A stretch of 32,000 nucleotides of DNA from Archaeoglobus fulgidus DSM 4304 (GCF_000008665.1 NC_000917.1:690001-722000), one strand, 5' to 3'. Numbered from the stretch's first letter, positions 16,680 through 25,206 are shown. A program made the numbers and translations. Notes: generated by a model not told the origin, from the sequence alone.

Positions 16680-17622
16680 CTGACTTGTTGAAGGCTATCT
16701 CACCTATGGACTTCATGTGCCTGCAGGCGCTTAAAATGGTTTCAACTGCCAGTCGGTAATAAACACCGCCGTCCATATTGCTCAAAAGAAGCTCTTCAAG
16801 CTCTTCAAGCTCTTCAATTGTTTCCTCCGAAAGTTCAACATCCGAGTTGAAGTAGGCCTTCGCCAGGGAGTCGAAAATTTTACCGAGCCTTTCAAAGTAA
16901 ACCCTCACCTTCCGTAGCTCTTCTGGAGTCATCTCGACTGCATAGGTTGAGAAGTTGTATAGCGAGTCGGCAATCTCCTCTATAAGCTTTGCAACAGTTC
17001 TGATACCGAGAATCAACCTCAACTCGTTCCACTTGCTCGGACTTGAGAACTCTCTAACTAGCCTGTGCTCCTGCCTGACCGCAAGCAGGTACAGCCTGTC
17101 TGAATCTTTTTCAAGGTTCTCTATATCCTTTAAAGCCTCTCTGTCCCCCTTTTCAATGCCTTCCATTATTGTCGCTATCATGCTCTGGATAATCTGGCTC
17201 ATCCTTCTCACAACGCCGTAAACGTCGAAATCGGTTGAAGTTAGGCACTTCAGCACAACTTTGCCCTCGGTTGCGTCAATAATCTCCATTCCAATCAAGT
17301 CCTTTACAATCTCCCCTATCCTGCTCACCATCCTCGCGTTTATCCTGTCATCGCTGATTACAATCTCATCAATCCCCTGAAGATACAGAGCGTAGATGAA
17401 CCTTCGCACGAACTTTTCGTCGAGTCTTAGCAGCTTATCAATCTGAACACTCGTTATCCTCGAAAACTCTCGAAAGGATTTGGGGTAGAGAGTTATCACG
17501 CTGTCTTCAACCTGCAGATATATGTCGTCACCCTGCCTTAGCTGGTTCTCCTTCACCCAGTTCTTCGGGAGACTTACCATGTAGCTTGAACCACCTATTA
17601 ACTGAAGCTTCCTTACTTCCAT
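16615..17622 (-). CDS. phoU: AbrB/SpoVT-domain plus PhoU-domain regulator (archaeal phosphate uptake regulator homologue)
   Basis: 335 aa. N-terminal swapped-hairpin motif 'LIGGSSYMVSLPKNWVKENQLRQGDDIYL', followed by two PhoU-like helical repeats. Confidence 0.75.
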   Translation of the reverse strand: MEVRKLQLIGGSSYMVSLPKNWVKENQLRQGDDIYLQVEDSVITLYPKSFREFSRITSVQIDKLLRLDEKFVRRFIYALYLQGIDEIVISDDRINARMVSRIGEIVKDLIGMEIIDATEGKVVLKCLTSTDFDVYGVVRRMSQIIQSMIATIMEGIEKGDREALKDIENLEKDSDRLYLLAVRQEHRLVREFSSPSKWNELRLILGIRTVAKLIEEIADSLYNFSTYAVEMTPEELRKVRVYFERLGKIFDSLAKAYFNSDVELSEETIEELEELEELLLSNMDGGVYYRLAVETILSACRHMKSIGEIAFNKSVRESLREMKKSERMQSAKSIQ

Positions 17623-17718
17623 CGATACGTACTTCTATTAAGAGGTTAAAATATCTTTCCATTTCTTGGTGTTCGACTAATAGATAACTATAAATTCAGA
17701 ATCACCATAAAACATAAC

Positions 17719-18588
17719 ATGTATAGGTATTATGAGCTAAGGGAGCTCGAAGGAAAGGCTCCAAAGCTCTTCGGCATCCCCACAGGAACTAAGCTTGACG
17801 AGCTGTTTTACAAGGTTGAAAAGGAGGGGGACAGGTACGTTAGAAAGCCGCTTGGAGGAATTCCTCACCTCGCGGTGATGAACATCACAGGAGTTCCGGA
17901 TACTGGAAAATCACTATTGGCTGAGCAGTTCGCCATTACCCAGGCCGGCAGCGGCTACAGAGTGCTTTACGTGACAGTTGAGAGCCCAGCCAATTTCCTC
18001 TACACGGCGATGAAGGAGAGAAGCGAGGCCATGGGTGTGGACTTCACCAAGGTTGAGAGCAACGTCGTTGTCATCGATGCGAGCGAGAGCGATGAGCTGA
18101 GAGAGAATCCGAAAGCGCTCATGGAGACCATGGCTTACGCGATTAAGGAGAAGAAGGTTACAAACACGATAATCGACAGCATCACGGGACTTTACGAGCA
18201 CAAGGAGATGATGGCGAGGCAGATAGTGAGGCAGTTCTTCAACTTCATGAAGAAGTATCGCCAGACGGGAATCTTCGTTTCGCAGAAGAGGTCCGCGCAG
18301 GCGAGCGAGAGTGCTGAGGCTGCGGGAGGTCTTGCGGTGGCGCACATCGTCGATGGTACAATCGTGCTGGACAAAAAGCTGATAGAGTCTCGCTGGGATG
18401 TCAGCCTCTACGGCCTGCCTCTCGGCAGCATTCTCAGAACGATAAGGATTGATGGATGCAGAATTGCTCCCCACGACTCAAGAGTGTGGGTCTTCGAAAT
18501 CAGCGAAATCGGCACGATAGAAATCATCGCACCGCTGAGCGAGTACATAAAGAAAAGGGGGAAGAAGGATTTAGATGAGGAAAAATAA
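17719..18588 (+). CDS. KaiC-like / RecA-superfamily ATPase (second copy, divergent subfamily)
   Basis: 289 aa. Walker A 'GVPDTGKS' and Walker B-like 'NTIIDSITG'. There is an insertion between the N-terminal 'LDELF' and the P-loop. Confidence 0.75.
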   Translation: MYRYYELRELEGKAPKLFGIPTGTKLDELFYKVEKEGDRYVRKPLGGIPHLAVMNITGVPDTGKSLLAEQFAITQAGSGYRVLYVTVESPANFLYTAMKERSEAMGVDFTKVESNVVVIDASESDELRENPKALMETMAYAIKEKKVTNTIIDSITGLYEHKEMMARQIVRQFFNFMKKYRQTGIFVSQKRSAQASESAEAAGGLAVAHIVDGTIVLDKKLIESRWDVSLYGLPLGSILRTIRIDGCRIAPHDSRVWVFEISEIGTIEIIAPLSEYIKKRGKKDLDEEK

Positions 18589-18603
18589 CAGGAGGTGATT
18601 GGA

Positions 18604-19209
18604 ATGGGATTTGAGGTTATCGCAAAACCGAAGGGTGGAAACCTTGACAAGATGGCCGAGAAGGTATTTTACGAGAGTATAAACCTTCTTGGAGGTTTGA
18701 AGAAGCTTGTAGAGTACAGAAACCTCACCTGGCTTCCAAGCCTTGCAGAAGCCGCATACGTCGTTGTGCTGAAAAACGAGGCAATGAAAACATACGGAGA
18801 GATTGCCAGGGAGCTTGGAATCACCGAGCAGACCGCTAAAAACATCGCAACCGCTGATGAAGAGGAAGTAAAGAGATACCTTGAAGGCGAGCTTGAAGAA
18901 AGGCCAAAAGAGCACATAGCCGGAGGAATAGCGAAGCTTGTATACAGGAAGCTGAAGGAAGAGGGGAGACTTGATGCGGAGGAGGTCGAGATAAAGCAGG
19001 AAGAACTGGAGGTTCTTGATATTGACTGGGCTGTGCACGTTCTGGCAAGGATAAAGGGACTGGACTTCCCGGTAAACAAGGAAGCTTTGGTTGAGAGGTT
19101 AAAGGGGCTCGTCATAAAGGGTAAGCGCGCTGAGGAGATTCTTGACAAGCTCGATTACCCGATAAAATCTCCATCACAGCTTCTGCATGAGATAAAAATG
19201 CACCTTTAA
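18604..19209 (+). CDS. HTH-domain protein with a DUF2795-like C-terminus, putative regulator partner of the KaiC-like ATPase
   Basis: The ORF track starts at GTG 18595. The ATG at 18604 sits 5 nt after GGAGGTGA. HTH 'TYGEIARELGITEQTAKNIA'. The C-terminus 'LKGLDFPVNKEALVERLKG....AEEILDKLDYP.KSPSQLLHEIK' resembles DUF2795 (from memory). Confidence 0.6.
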   Translation: MGFEVIAKPKGGNLDKMAEKVFYESINLLGGLKKLVEYRNLTWLPSLAEAAYVVVLKNEAMKTYGEIARELGITEQTAKNIATADEEEVKRYLEGELEERPKEHIAGGIAKLVYRKLKEEGRLDAEEVEIKQEELEVLDIDWAVHVLARIKGLDFPVNKEALVERLKGLVIKGKRAEEILDKLDYPIKSPSQLLHEIKMHL

Positions 19210-19238
19210 CTAAATCTTTTTTTAACCTCTGCAAACTC

Positions 19239-20219
19239 TTGGCTGTGAAAATCGTCACATACTCCAAAAACGTTTTCATCCCTCTTACGAGGAACTGCAG
19301 AAACCGCTGTGACTACTGCGGATTCAGGAGCGAAGAGATTGGAGTAATGAGCGCCGAAGAGGTGCGAAAAATCCTTTCGGCAGCAAGGGGGGCTAAGGAG
19401 GCGCTTTTCACCTTTGGGGAGAGGCCAGATGAGGTGTATCCCGAGTTCAAAGCGATGCTGCTTGAAATGGGCTATAAAAGCATGGTTGACTACATCCTTG
19501 AAATGAATAAAATCGCCGTGGAAATGGGCTTCCTACCACACACAAACGCCGGAATTCTCTCTAAGGAAGAGATGCGGAAGCTAAAGCCCTACAACGCGAG
19601 CATGGGGCTTATGCTGGAGCAGGCTGTGGAGCTTGAGTGTCACGCAAACAGCCCAGGCAAAAAGCCGGAAGTGAGGATAAAGATGATCAGAGATGCTGGA
19701 AAGCTTCAAATCCCCTTCACCACAGGAATACTGGTGGGGATAGGGGAAGGCAGGGAGGACAGGCTTTACTCTCTCGAGATTATAGCAGAAATTCAGGACA
19801 ACTACGGCCACATTCAGGAAGTGATTGTTCAGAACTTCAAGCCGAAGAAGGGCACACCTATGGAGAACACTCCCCCTCCAACACTTGAGGAGATGCTTGA
19901 GGCTGTGAAGGCTGCGAGAGAGATACTCCCTCAGGAAGTCGCAATCCAGATACCGCCCAATCTGGTTGATGACATTTACCCCTTCCTTAAGGCCGGAGCA
20001 AACGACGTTGGAGGCATTTCAAACGTAACCCATGATTACATCAATCCCGAGTCACCGTGGCCGGAAGTTGAGAGGCTGGAGAGAGCTCTTCGTGGGGAGT
20101 TTATACTTAAAGAGAGGCTGCCCATCTATCCGAGATTCGTAAAGCTTAAATGGTATGGCGAAGCCTTAGAGCCGCTGATTGAAAAGTATTCGGATGCTGA
20201 TGGTTATGCTCGCCCTTGA
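19239..20219 (+). CDS. cofG: FO synthase subunit 1 (7,8-didemethyl-8-hydroxy-5-deazariboflavin synthase CofG), radical SAM
   Basis: 326 aa. '[24 protein letters not shown]' radical-SAM CxxxCxxC motif. TTG/GTG start region. Confidence 0.85.
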   Translation: MAVKIVTYSKNVFIPLTRNCRNRCDYCGFRSEEIGVMSAEEVRKILSAARGAKEALFTFGERPDEVYPEFKAMLLEMGYKSMVDYILEMNKIAVEMGFLPHTNAGILSKEEMRKLKPYNASMGLMLEQAVELECHANSPGKKPEVRIKMIRDAGKLQIPFTTGILVGIGEGREDRLYSLEIIAEIQDNYGHIQEVIVQNFKPKKGTPMENTPPPTLEEMLEAVKAAREILPQEVAIQIPPNLVDDIYPFLKAGANDVGGISNVTHDYINPESPWPEVERLERALRGEFILKERLPIYPRFVKLKWYGEALEPLIEKYSDADGYARP

Positions 20220-21210
20220 CGACTTGCTGAAGAATCCTTACGAAACTTTCAGAATTGCCGACGAACTCAGGAGAGAGCTTGTAGGAGATACCGTAACATA
20301 CGTAGTCAACAGAAACATAAACTTCACCGACATCTGCATCAACGACTGCAAGTTCTGCTCCTTCCGCAATAGGAAGAAATACCTGCTGAGCTTGGATGAA
20401 ATCAAGCAGAAAGTTGAGGAGGCAGTTGAATTCGGCTGCACAGAGCTCTGCATCCAGGGTGGTTTGCTGCCCGATGCAGACCTAGACTTTTACCTTTCAA
20501 TTCTTCAGGCTGTGAGGGATGTTGACAAAAAGATACACATTCACGCCTTTTCCCCAATGGAGGTCGTTCATGCGGCAAGGAACAGCGGAATGACGGTGGA
20601 GGAGGTGTTAAAGGAGCTTAAAAAGGAAGGTCTTGGCTCGATGCCTGGGACGGCTGCGGAAATTCTCGACGACAGCATAAGGGCGCTTATCTGCCCGAGG
20701 AAGCTTAAAACGGCGGAATGGGTCGAGGTTATAAAGACTGCTCACCGAGTCGGCATTCCAACAACGGCGACGATAATGTACGGTCATATCGACACCTGGG
20801 AGCACAGGATAAACCACCTCCTTCTAATCAAGAAAATACAGCAGGAAACGGGAGGTATTACTGAGCTCATCCCCCTGCCATTCATGTCCAAAAACAACGA
20901 GCTTGGAAGGTATGCGAAGGGCAGTTCTGGATTTGATGACTTGCTGATGATTGCCATCGCCAGAATTTTGCTCTACCCCGAAATCAAAAACATACAGGCG
21001 TCGTGGGTTAAGATGGGTCAGAAGCTGGCTCAGGCTGCGCTTCACGTGGGCGCGAACGACCTCGGCGGCACTCTGATGGAGGAGAACATCTCCAAATCAG
21101 CAGGAGCGACGAGTGGTGAGTTCATGCATCCGGAAGAGCTAAGAGAGCTAATAAAAATTGCGGGGAGAGTTCCAAAACAGAGGGATACGCTCTACAACAT
21201 TTTGGATTAG
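20179..21210 (+). CDS. cofH: FO synthase subunit 2 (CofH), radical SAM
   Basis: 343 aa. '[17 protein letters not shown]' motif. The true start may be one of the ATGs at 20194-20206, which would shorten the overlap with cofG. Confidence 0.85.
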   Translation: MKSIRMLMVMLALDDLLKNPYETFRIADELRRELVGDTVTYVVNRNINFTDICINDCKFCSFRNRKKYLLSLDEIKQKVEEAVEFGCTELCIQGGLLPDADLDFYLSILQAVRDVDKKIHIHAFSPMEVVHAARNSGMTVEEVLKELKKEGLGSMPGTAAEILDDSIRALICPRKLKTAEWVEVIKTAHRVGIPTTATIMYGHIDTWEHRINHLLLIKKIQQETGGITELIPLPFMSKNNELGRYAKGSSGFDDLLMIAIARILLYPEIKNIQASWVKMGQKLAQAALHVGANDLGGTLMEENISKSAGATSGEFMHPEELRELIKIAGRVPKQRDTLYNILD

Positions 21211-21264
21211 CCTCAGACTCTCCCTTTCATCATTTCTCAGGTCGCCCATCAGTCATCATCGGCT
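21209..21264 (-). ncRNA. Candidate C/D box sRNA (2'-O-methylation guide)
   Basis: The minus strand reads AGCC-G-AUGAUGA(C)-CUGAUGGGCGAC(12 nt)-CUGA(D')-GAA-AUGAUGA(C')-AAGGGAGAGU(10 nt)-CUGA(D)-GGCU. It has a 4-bp terminal stem (AGCC/GGCU) and is 56 nt long. It sits in the intergenic gap 37 nt downstream of the same-strand gene at 21301-21837. Confidence 0.65.
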
Positions 21265-21300
21265 GTTCAATGTTTTCGGGAGGATTTATTTCTTTTACCA

Positions 21301-21837
21301 CTAAAACGAAAACTGCTCAACAGTTACTTCTTCATCAAGCAGCCTGTAAAGGCTTCCTCTGAAACTTCCCTTTTTCACTTCGAGAACCATGAATGACGGA
21401 TAGGTGCTATAGGCCCCACCACCCCACACTCCCGTCATGGAACCGGGATTGAGAAGGATTTTAGCCCCTCTATAAACATCAGGCAGGTGTGTGTGGCCGG
21501 AAATCAACACATCAACGTCCATCTCGAGCGCTATTTGCTCAAGCTGCTCTCTGTTGCCCCTCGGATAAACCTGATGACCGTGAACAACTCCGAAACTGAG
21601 TCCTTCAACCCTGAACTTCGCCGAATGCGGGAGAGGGAGGTCGTCCATGTTTCCCCTCACCGCTATTACTGATTCCGCAACCCTCTCAGCGAACCTCAGC
21701 ACCCTTTCTGAGGTCAGGTCACCAGTGATTACTACCATGTCGAAGTCCACGAGGTAGTCGGTGAACTCCCTCGGAATTTCATCAGCCCTCTCCGGGATAT
21801 GGGTGTCCCCAAAAATTAAAATCCTCATAGCAGCCAT
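21301..21837 (-). CDS. MJ0936/YfcE-family metallophosphoesterase
   Basis: 178 aa. Motifs 'FGDTH', 'TGDL', 'GNMD', 'HGH' and 'GHTH'. An alternative ATG at 21828 gives an ATGA overlap with the lysA stop. Confidence 0.85.
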   Translation of the reverse strand: MAAMRILIFGDTHIPERADEIPREFTDYLVDFDMVVITGDLTSERVLRFAERVAESVIAVRGNMDDLPLPHSAKFRVEGLSFGVVHGHQVYPRGNREQLEQIALEMDVDVLISGHTHLPDVYRGAKILLNPGSMTGVWGGGAYSTYPSFMVLEVKKGSFRGSLYRLLDEEVTVEQFSF

Positions 21838-23084
21838 TCAGGTAACCTTTGCTTCTCGATTAAATCACCGTAGCTCTCCTTCTCCCTGATTACGTCCCAT
21901 CTATCCCCGCTCACAAGCACCTCTGCGCACCTCGGCCTGCCGTTGTACTGGCTGCTCATCACGAAACCGTAGGCTCCCGCGTCGAAAACGGCGATTAAAT
22001 CACCCACTTCAACTTTGGGTAGCTTCCTGTCCCTGGCCAGAACATCTCCACTCTCGCATATCGGCCCAACGACCGTATAAACCTCCTCAGGCTCGGCATC
22101 CATCTTGTTCGCTACCGCCACCCTGTGGTAGGAACCGTACATCGCGGGACGGATTAGGACGTTGAAGCCGGCATCAACAGCAACAAAGTTCTTGTAGCCC
22201 TTCTTCACGGCGTTCACTCTTGTAATCAAGACGGTTGTGTTGCCAACAATGCTCCTTCCAGGTTCCAGCCAGAGCTGCGGGTCGGAAGTTAAATCAGCCT
22301 TTCTTCCTTCGAATTCAGGTAGAATTGCGCTTGCGAGGTCCTTGGGGGTTGGAGCGCCCTTCCCCTCGTAGTCAATTCCGAGCCCACCACCCATGTCCAC
22401 AAAGCTCAGCTCAACACCAAGCTTCTCGATATCCACGGCGATGTCCATAACCTTGTTCAGCGCGTGCACGAACGGGGAGAGGTCGAGTATCTGGCTGCCG
22501 ATATGGCAGTGTATTCCAACCGGAACAACACCGTCCAGCTTCAAAGCCATCTCGTAAGCCTCCCTCACCATTTCATGCGGAATGCCGAACTTTGACTCTC
22601 TAAGCCCCGTAGCGATTTTCGGATGAGTTTTCGGGTCAACGTCGGGATTGACCCTGAAAGCAATCTCAACCTCCTTTCCAACCTCCTTAGCAATTTTCGA
22701 AATAGTTCTGAGCTCATCCAGACTGTCAACGCTGAACTTGACTCCAGCAGTAACCCCCATTTCTATCTCTTTTCTGCTTTTCGAGTTGCCGTTGAAGAGA
22801 ACCATATCCTTCCTGAAGCCTGCGAGAGATGCAAGGTACAGCTCACCATCGCTAAAAACATCAGCACCAAAGCCATGAGAGGCGATTATCCTCATCAAAG
22901 CGAGGTTGTTATTGGCCTTTACAGCATAAAGCAGCCCTTCGTTGGAGAAGGCTTTTTTGTAAGCCTCTAGGTTTCTCTCAAGTAGGGCCCTTGAAGTGAC
23001 GTAAACGGGCGTGCCAGTTTCCCTGACAATCTCCGTTACCTTCACACCCTCCACTGTCAGAATTCCGTCGCTAGTTGAGAACAT
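21825..23084 (-). CDS. lysA: Diaminopimelate decarboxylase
   Basis: 419 aa. PLP-lysine region 'YAVKANNN', plus 'EPGRSIVG' and 'GPICESGD', typical of group IV decarboxylases and LysA. Confidence 0.85.
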   Translation of the reverse strand: MFSTSDGILTVEGVKVTEIVRETGTPVYVTSRALLERNLEAYKKAFSNEGLLYAVKANNNLALMRIIASHGFGADVFSDGELYLASLAGFRKDMVLFNGNSKSRKEIEMGVTAGVKFSVDSLDELRTISKIAKEVGKEVEIAFRVNPDVDPKTHPKIATGLRESKFGIPHEMVREAYEMALKLDGVVPVGIHCHIGSQILDLSPFVHALNKVMDIAVDIEKLGVELSFVDMGGGLGIDYEGKGAPTPKDLASAILPEFEGRKADLTSDPQLWLEPGRSIVGNTTVLITRVNAVKKGYKNFVAVDAGFNVLIRPAMYGSYHRVAVANKMDAEPEEVYTVVGPICESGDVLARDRKLPKVEVGDLIAVFDAGAYGFVMSSQYNGRPRCAEVLVSGDRWDVIREKESYGDLIEKQRLPEWLL

Positions 23085-23115
23085 GAAATTAAAAGTGTGG
23101 AGGGATTAAAAACAG

Positions 23116-23574
23116 TTACTTCGAAATCTCAATTTTGAGTCTATCCGGATTGTACTTCCAGTCTGCCGGCAGCACTCCCTTCTCCTTGTAGTAGCTCGAA
23201 AGCCTCCAGATTTTCGCCTCGATCAGCTGCAGACCTCTTCTGTTGTGCTTGTCTTTCCTGTGGACTTCCAGATGAGCTCTCAGCTTCAGTGCCTTCTTTA
23301 TCAGAGCTTTCAGGTCTTCGGGATACTTTATCTCCACACCGTGCTCCTTCAGGATTTTCTGAATCTTCTTCCCTGTCACCTGCTTTACCGACGGGATGCC
23401 GTAGCGGTCTCTGAGAATCATTCCGATCATGCTCGGCTCGTATCCTTCATTGTAAAGCTCCAGAACCTTCTTTTCCACTTCCTCCGGTGACATGTCCACC
23501 CATTCCGGCGGTGAGTCGCGATAAATTCTCTTTGATCCTGATTTACCCCTTCTTCGCGCATGAATTCTTGCCAT
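23116..23574 (-). CDS. rps15: 30S ribosomal protein S15 (uS15, S13e type)
   Basis: I prefer the ATG at 23574 ('[14 protein letters not shown]'), 5 nt after GGAGGTGA. The ORF track starts 9 nt further upstream. The C-terminal '[21 protein letters not shown]' is the S15 signature. Confidence 0.9.
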   Translation of the reverse strand: MARIHARRRGKSGSKRIYRDSPPEWVDMSPEEVEKKVLELYNEGYEPSMIGMILRDRYGIPSVKQVTGKKIQKILKEHGVEIKYPEDLKALIKKALKLRAHLEVHRKDKHNRRGLQLIEAKIWRLSSYYKEKGVLPADWKYNPDRLKIEISK

Positions 23575-23608
23575 GATCGTCACCTCCCAGCCCTCTTTCA
23601 GAGATTGG

Positions 23609-23618
23609 AATATATAAC
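23609..23618 (-). promoter_or_regulatory. TATA box candidate for rps15
   Basis: The minus strand reads GTTATATATT, about 35-44 nt upstream of the rps15 ATG. Confidence 0.45.
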
Positions 23619-23667
23619 TTGCGTCTCACGCACTCGTATAACTTCACCGTCTACTGCTTTGCAAAGA

Positions 23668-23679
23668 CTATATAAATTT
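23668..23679 (+). promoter_or_regulatory. TATA box candidate for the downstream membrane-protein gene
   Basis: 'CTATATAAATTT' lies about 20 nt upstream of an in-frame GTG (23698) and about 50 nt upstream of the ATG at 23728. Confidence 0.45.
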
Positions 23680-23727
23680 TGGGCAAATCTCATTTTTGTG
23701 GACGAGACCTCCAAGAAGGTAGATGAG

Positions 23728-24204
23728 ATGGCGAAAAAACAGGCTGAAATCGAGGGAAAGATTGACGAAGTCTTCAATAGCCTTGAGAGGCTGCGTGGAG
23801 AGCTTGAGGAGCAGCCAGACAAGCTGGGATGGGACGACATAACTCAGGAGATAATCGGTGCAATATCCTTTGCCTTTCCATTTCTCTTTACCGGGGAGCT
23901 GTGGGAGATTGCCAAAGAGATCTCGCTTGAGCGCTCACTCGCGATTTTTATCATAACGGTAGTTATCGCTTACCTTTTTATCACTAAGTCTAAAATTGGA
24001 AATTTGAAAAAGGAGACGCTTTTCTACATCCCAAGAAGGCTTCTAACCGTTTTAGTCATCGCATACCTCATTTCAGCCGGAATGATTTACCTCTACGGAA
24101 TATATATCGTGGCGCACTTCACAACAACGCAGTTCATCAACGCTACAATCCTTATTAGCACATTTGCCGTCATCGGGGCCATAGCTGTGGATATGGTGAA
24201 GTAA
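23728..24204 (+). CDS. Integral membrane protein (possibly DUF2391/TIGR02587-like)
   Basis: The ORF track starts at 23560, inside rps15. I prefer the ATG at 23728 ('MAKKQAEIEG'); the GTG at 23698 is also possible. A coiled N-terminus is followed by 4 TM segments. 'FPFLFTGELWEI' resembles the family motif (from memory). Confidence 0.6.
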   Translation: MAKKQAEIEGKIDEVFNSLERLRGELEEQPDKLGWDDITQEIIGAISFAFPFLFTGELWEIAKEISLERSLAIFIITVVIAYLFITKSKIGNLKKETLFYIPRRLLTVLVIAYLISAGMIYLYGIYIVAHFTTTQFINATILISTFAVIGAIAVDMVK

Positions 24205-24273
24205 TCCCCGGATTTCGAGCAAACCCGAAAACAACACCATACGCCTACCGAAAAAGAATTTAAACCGGATGGT

Positions 24274-24286
24274 GAAATTTAAATAC
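24274..24286 (+). promoter_or_regulatory. TATA box candidate for tRNA-His
   Basis: 'GAAATTTAAATAC' lies about 30-40 nt upstream of the tRNA 5' end. Confidence 0.4.
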
Positions 24287-24316
24287 TGGAGGTCTGATGG
24301 CTCCATACCTCCGAAT

Positions 24317-24389
24317 GGCCCGGATGGGGTAGTGGTTATCCTCTGGGACTGTGGATCCCAGGAGCCGGGTTCGAATCCCGGTCCGGGCC
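24317..24389 (+). tRNA. tRNA-His (anticodon GUG) with encoded G-1
   Basis: Hand-folded. G-1 plus acceptor GCCCGGA/TCCGGGC, anticodon stem TGGGA/TCCCA with loop CT-GTG-GA, T arm CCGGG-TTCGAAT-CCCGG, discriminator C opposite G-1. No encoded CCA. Confidence 0.9.
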
Positions 24390-24511
24390 CTTTAAAACCA
24401 GTTTTAAATGCAGTAGGGAGTGAAAGAAGGCTTAAGTGGATTTAATGACCGTAATTCAGGCATGCCTTGGAGAGGATAAGGAAAAGGAAAGTCAGCGAAG
24501 AGAGGTAAGAG

Positions 24512-24706
24512 ATGATTTGGAGAATTCAGATGAAATCTTTTACGACACTCAGACGGCTATTTCGTGGTTATTCGGAAGAGAAACAGCAAATGGCTGTTGG
24601 TGATTTAATTCCGGGAGAGATAGTGAGGGATGTGACGGTGGTTGCCACCTCAAAGTTTAATATTGTTAAAAACAGAATTAAGGCGGAGAGGTGGGTAAAG
24701 ATATGA
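24512..24706 (+). CDS. Small hypothetical ORF upstream of the DUF2283 gene (uncertain)
   Basis: 64 codons. Its stop overlaps the next ATG (ATGA at 24703-24706). A competing 52-codon ORF (24445-24603) overlaps it in another frame. No family recognised. Confidence 0.3.
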   Translation: MIWRIQMKSFTTLRRLFRGYSEEKQQMAVGDLIPGEIVRDVTVVATSKFNIVKNRIKAERWVKI

Positions 24707-24897
24707 AGGTCAAGTATGACGCTGACATCCTCTACATATCAATCGAGGAAGTTGAGGATATGGGCGAGCTGGGAGAGGACATTTTCGTTGAATACAACAA
24801 AGAGAGGAAGATAATGGGTATTGAAATTTGGCAGGCTCGTAAGTATGTGATTCCTGAAATTCTGAAGTTCATCAAGGCGGCGAAGATGATGGGTTGA
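24703..24897 (+). CDS. DUF2283-family small protein
   Basis: 'MKVKYDADILYISIEE....GE.....VEYNKERKIMGIEIWQARKY' matches the DUF2283 pattern (MK..YD.e.D.lYI...; GIEIl.As). The ORF track starts 12 nt earlier. Confidence 0.65.
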   Translation: MKVKYDADILYISIEEVEDMGELGEDIFVEYNKERKIMGIEIWQARKYVIPEILKFIKAAKMMG

Positions 24898-25206
24898 TGG
24901 CTTCGGTAGATTTTGATTTGAAGGTCAAAAGATATTTGAGCGAAGAAGGGGAACAGAAAGGTCAAGAGGACCGTTGTGCCATACGATGAGATTGACGTTG
25001 GCGTTCCTGTTATAGAGCAACGAGGATTTATGGCTGATTCTGAGCCGATTGTCTTGCCCTCTCAACTGGCAGCGTAAAAGGCGCCGAAGACACATAGACC
25101 TAGTCCTTGATGGAAAAATCGCCCCTTAAGCGGTCTTTCGTCGTCTATTCCGCACAGAGCCATGACGCTCGTGAATATTCTGAAAATTTAATCTTGTCGT
25201 TAGGGC

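Noticed and set aside
17914-19148. Several minus-strand ORFs (17914-18474, 18192-18374, 18408-18650, 18571-19038, 18669-19148) opposite the KaiC-like/HTH pair
   Set aside because: All are antisense to ORFs with clear motifs (Walker A, HTH). Their products are low-complexity (S/F/L-rich) and overlap one another in different frames.
20179-20219. 41-nt overlap between cofG and cofH, which could suggest a frameshifted fused FbiC-type gene
   Set aside because: Separate cofG and cofH genes are the normal archaeal arrangement. In-frame ATGs at 20194-20206 reduce the overlap to as little as 14 nt, so this is start-codon ambiguity rather than a broken fusion.
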